DNA of 64,000 nt from Azolla caroliniana. Lineage: Eukaryota > Plantae > Polypodiophyta. Position 1 is the first letter of the stretch, and each line of letters starts with the position of its first letter. A model generated the notes under the pieces. The model worked only from the letters and a program-made list of their open reading frames with translations. It searched no databases and was not told the DNA's origin. The position numbers and the translations under genes are program-made. Where the stretch lies: the NCBI GenBank assembly GCA_043228905.1, contig JBHGNT010000006.1:9796001-9860000 (forward strand), written 5' to 3'. Positions 60,349 through 64,000 of this stretch are shown piece after piece.

Positions 60349-62380
60349 TATAGAGCGATACTCTATTGTAACCGCCGCTTGGCGAAGAAACAGAGCTCGA
60401 GGTGGTTGCCTCCGAGTCTCTGATTGTACCCTTCTCATATAATGATAGTTTGGAGTCTGTGGGCTCTTGTGGTTTTTCCCTATTTGGATTTTCACGTAAA
60501 CATCCTATGTATCCTCTATTATTCTTTGTGTGCGTACATGCGTTCACTCCCCAATTCCCATTTCTGTGTTTGATTTTCATCAAAGTGATTCAAGACTCGG
60601 TTGTGGCCGAGCAATATTCCACGTTATTCTCTTCAAACTGGTATCAGAGCGAACAACACAGGAAATGGAAGAATCGTTCGGCGGCATGTTCAAGCTCACC
60701 GACTCCAACTACTTAGTGTGGAAGTTGAAGATGAGGGATATGCTAGTGGTTAAAGATCTTTGGTTGCCGGTTCAGTTCGGGGACAAGAGACTGGATAAGA
60801 TCGACGTCATAGTGTGGGAGGTGATGCACATGAAGACGACGACATACATCCGGTGCTTCATTGACATGAGCATGTACAACAACTTCAATGAAGAAAGTAA
60901 GGCTCATGAACTGTAGGAGAAGATCAACATCATGTTCCAGAATAAGAATGCCGTTAATCGGGTTTCGGTATTCCAGAAGCTAGTGAGGCTTCGGTACCAG
61001 GACGACTCCAGTATGGCGGAGCACATGAATTCCTTCCAGGGGTTAATATACCAAGCTACCTCGTTGGAAGTACCTCTCGTGGATGAGGTACTCGCACAGC
61101 TCTTGCTTGGTTCCCTCCCGAATAGTTGGGAGACGCTAGTTGTCACGTTGGGCAATGCCGGGCCGGAAGGAAACTAGTTGTCCCTAGCAAGAGTCAAGTC
61201 AAGCTTGCTAGATGAAGAAGCTCGCCGGAAGGACCAGGAGTCCGGAACCGATCCGAAGGCCTTGATCACGGAAGATGGCCAAAACCGGGGAAGAGGCCGG
61301 TATCGGAGTCTCCAAAATCGGGACAAATTGGGGACGAGGTCGAAGTCAAGGGGGATGCCTACTTGCTTCTACTGTGGGAAGCTGGGGTACTTCCAGAAGA
61401 TTTGTCGGCATTTCTGGAAAGAGAAAGAAACCTGCATTACCGATTCGAAGAAGGGTTCAGACCAGAGAGACCGGGCTCGGAAAGGAACGTCGGCAATCGC
61501 GACAAGTGAAGAAAAACTGATGCTCATTACTGAGGAGAATGAGTTAAACCTTGTTGGCGACGAGACAATGTGGGTTGTCGATTCCGGAACGTCGATCCAC
61601 CTGACACCGGATCAGAGATGCTTCTCATCCTACACAACCGGAGATCATGGTTGTGTCAGGATGGGGAATCAAGGGACCTGCCGAATCATCGGCATAGGAG
61701 ATGTGTTGTTGACAATATCAACCGGATGCAAGTTTCTGCTGAAGGATGTCTGACATGTTCTGGAGGTTCGGCTAAACTTGATATCCGCCAGTTGGCTAGA
61801 TGATGAACGCTACACGGGTAGCATCCGGAATGGAGTTATGAAGTTCAGCAAAGGAAGCCTGATTGTGGTTTGAGCCCGGAAGACCAACACTCTATATCTT
61901 ATGCATGCTCGGATATGCCGGGAAGAAGTGAACGTAGCATCTGACATTGCCGGTGAGCTGTGGTACAAAAGACTATGTCACATGAGTGAGAAGGGGATGA
62001 GAAGACTTGCCGAAGACAACCTCATTCCGAATGTGAAAGACGTGCACCTTGAGAAGTGCACCGATTGCTTGGCCGGCAAGAAAAACCGAACCTCCTTCTG
62101 GTCAAGACCACTGATGAGACAGAATGCACCACTGGAGCTGGTGCATACCGATATGTTTCAAGTCGACACGAAGTCACATGCCGGATCGCAGTACTTCGTG
62201 ACATTCATAGATGACCACAACCGGAGGCTGTGGGTCTTACCGTTGAAGACAAAGGATCAGGTGCTATCCGTCTTCAAGGAACTCCACGCGAGAATGGAAA
62301 GAGAAACCGACCGGAAGTTGAAGGCGGTTCGAGCGGACAACAGAGAAGATTACCGAGGGTAGTTCGAGGAGTATTGCCGG
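59994..62380 (+). mobile_element. 5' part of a Ty1/Copia element of a different family (LTR, PBS, gag-PR-partial INT)
   Basis: LTR ~59994-60635 with ~42-bp CCGG-rich repeats and (GA)n; PBS TGGTATCAGAGC at 60639. NYLVWKLKM, LLLGSLPNSW, CFYCGKLGYFQKIC, WVVDSGTSIH, ELVHTD, RADNREDY. Confidence 0.88.
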
Positions 62381-64000
62381 TCATAATCGAACCTTCGAAC
62401 ATGTGTTCAAACCGATCTTCATCTTGTACCTCTTGTTCGGCAGATTCCGGGTCAAGTGGAGTCAGAGTCGAAGTTGTCTTTGGTGCATACCAAGATGCGA
62501 ACTCGTCGAAGACTACATCTCGACTTACCCGAACCACTCGGGTAGAAGGGTTGTAGCGCTTGTATGCCTTCTTCTCGGACGAGTATCCTATGAGGACACA
62601 TTCCTCCGACTTGGCATTGGGCTTCTGTCGTTGTTCATTCGGGATGCGTACATTCGCAATCCTTCCGAACACCTTGAGGTGCGATAGGATCGGCTTCCTT
62701 CCGACAAGGAGCTCGTATGGAGTTAGCTCATGCACTGCATTAGTGGTGCATTGATTCATGAGATAGATGGCCATTAGCAATGGGCACGGTTTGGCTCAAA
62801 CCAAACCGAACCGTTAAGCCATGGTTTAACGGTTTATTGGTTCCAAAAAAATGTAATGGTTTTGTTTGGTTTGGATTCTCGATAAACGGTTCGGTTTCGG
62901 TGCGGTTCGGTTTTAAAACTCGGGTTTATAGGTTTATAGGTTTGGTTTACAGGTTTAAAGGTTTTTGGTTAACCTTTTTTTTTTACCTTAATAGTTGATT
63001 GATGTAATGGTTTAATTAATGGTTTTTTATTGATTTAATTAATTTAATTTAAATGTTTATTTAATTTAATGGTTCAATTAAAGTTTCTTTTATTGATTTA
63101 ATAAATTTAACTTAGATGTTTATTTAATTTAATGTATTTTTGTTTCTTTAGATGTTTAACTAGTTTGACTTAAGTGGTTAGGTTTAAATTTTTTATTAAA
63201 TGGTAGGCATTGAATGTGCCGACCGGTTTCTTTTTTGACTTGGCCCTTGAGTTTTTGGAAGTGGGAGAGCACTTCACTCTTCTTCTTCATCGGGAAGATC
63301 CACGCATAGCGCGAGTAGTCGTCAATGAAGGTGACGTAGAATCAGCATCCGCTGATCGTCGGCGTTTGAGTCGGTCCGCATACATCCGAGTGTATGATGT
63401 CGAGGAGGCCTTTGCTCCTGGAGCTCTCCTTCGGGACTGGGAGTCGATGTTGATTGCCGAGTTGGCATGCTTCGCATACTCGGTTGACTCATTTCGACTC
63501 GAATGCCGGAAGTCCGATGACGACTCCCTTCAATTGCATTGCTTGATGCCATTGGAGGTTTATGTGGCCGATTCTTTTGTGCCATAACTCAATGCTTGTC
63601 TTGGTTTTGAGACCTTTGGCATACATGGCCGCTTTCACCTCGTTCGAATAAAGGATGAACATTCGATTGTCTCTCCGTCCCTTGGCTATGAGTCGGCCAT
63701 CTTTCTCGATGAAACAACCCTCGTTGTTGAAGCGGACTTGCATGCCTTGATCCACGATTCTTCATTATTGTGGGCACGTGCAAGATATTCTCGATGCAAG
63801 TTTGCTTGCCTTCTTTCCCGAATGGGACATTGCCGATGTGCCAAATGGGATGTGTGGTGTCGTCTCCCGTCTCTATGAAGCCGGTCGATCCGGTGTACAC
63901 AAGTCATTGAACCACTCTTTTGGAGATGTCATGTGATGTGAGGCGCCGGAATCAACAAACCACATGTCTTCCGAATTGGAGGTTCTTGTGGAGTCATCAT
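62381..64000 (-). mobile_element. Copia (A/B/C-related) protease-integrase fragment, continuing beyond the window
   Basis: WFVDSGASHHMTS, ELWHKRIGHIN, IHSDVCGP, HLKVFGRIANVRIP, RVSRDVVFDE. Confidence 0.85.
62774..63203. mobile_element. AT-rich non-autonomous DNA-transposon-like fragment (hAT/MITE-type end with GGTTCGGTT/AACCGAACC repeats)
   Basis: Starts TAGCAATGGGCACGGTTTGG..AAACCAAACCGAACCG, with many GGTTT/CGGTT motifs followed by an AT-rich tract. It replaces part of the Copia integrase. No second terminus or TSD seen. Confidence 0.55.

Overview
Eukaryotic land-plant nuclear DNA; the GT-AG introns, (CT)n/(GA)n tracts and retroelement types suggest a seed-free plant, possibly a fern (inference). 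One intact-looking host gene, a 6-exon TORTIFOLIA1/SPIRAL2-like microtubule-associated protein (26879-31169, +), lies between deeply nested transposon stacks. Left: a degenerate hAT transposase (-, ATG ~22186, running past position 1) is split by a solo LTR, a small LTR element and a Copia (3215-22102). That Copia carries a non-coding LTR element, a tRNA-Trp-primed Gypsy and several solo LTRs. Right: Copia A (33845-56012) has a LINE in its 5' LTR; the LINE carries Copia B (35162-47284), which carries a near-intact Gypsy (35582-42107). Further degenerate Gypsy/Copia pieces and an AT-rich non-autonomous element follow. The most unusual signal is a set of LTR insertions with 4-bp (not 5-bp) target duplications centred on CG or its deamination products. 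Also notable are a tRNA-like Pol III cassette inside one LTR, a C-terminal Pol extension in a Copia family, and tandem arrays carried inside LTR elements. No prokaryotic system, CRISPR array, rRNA or bona fide tRNA gene was found. All boundaries were read by eye; no database searches were run.
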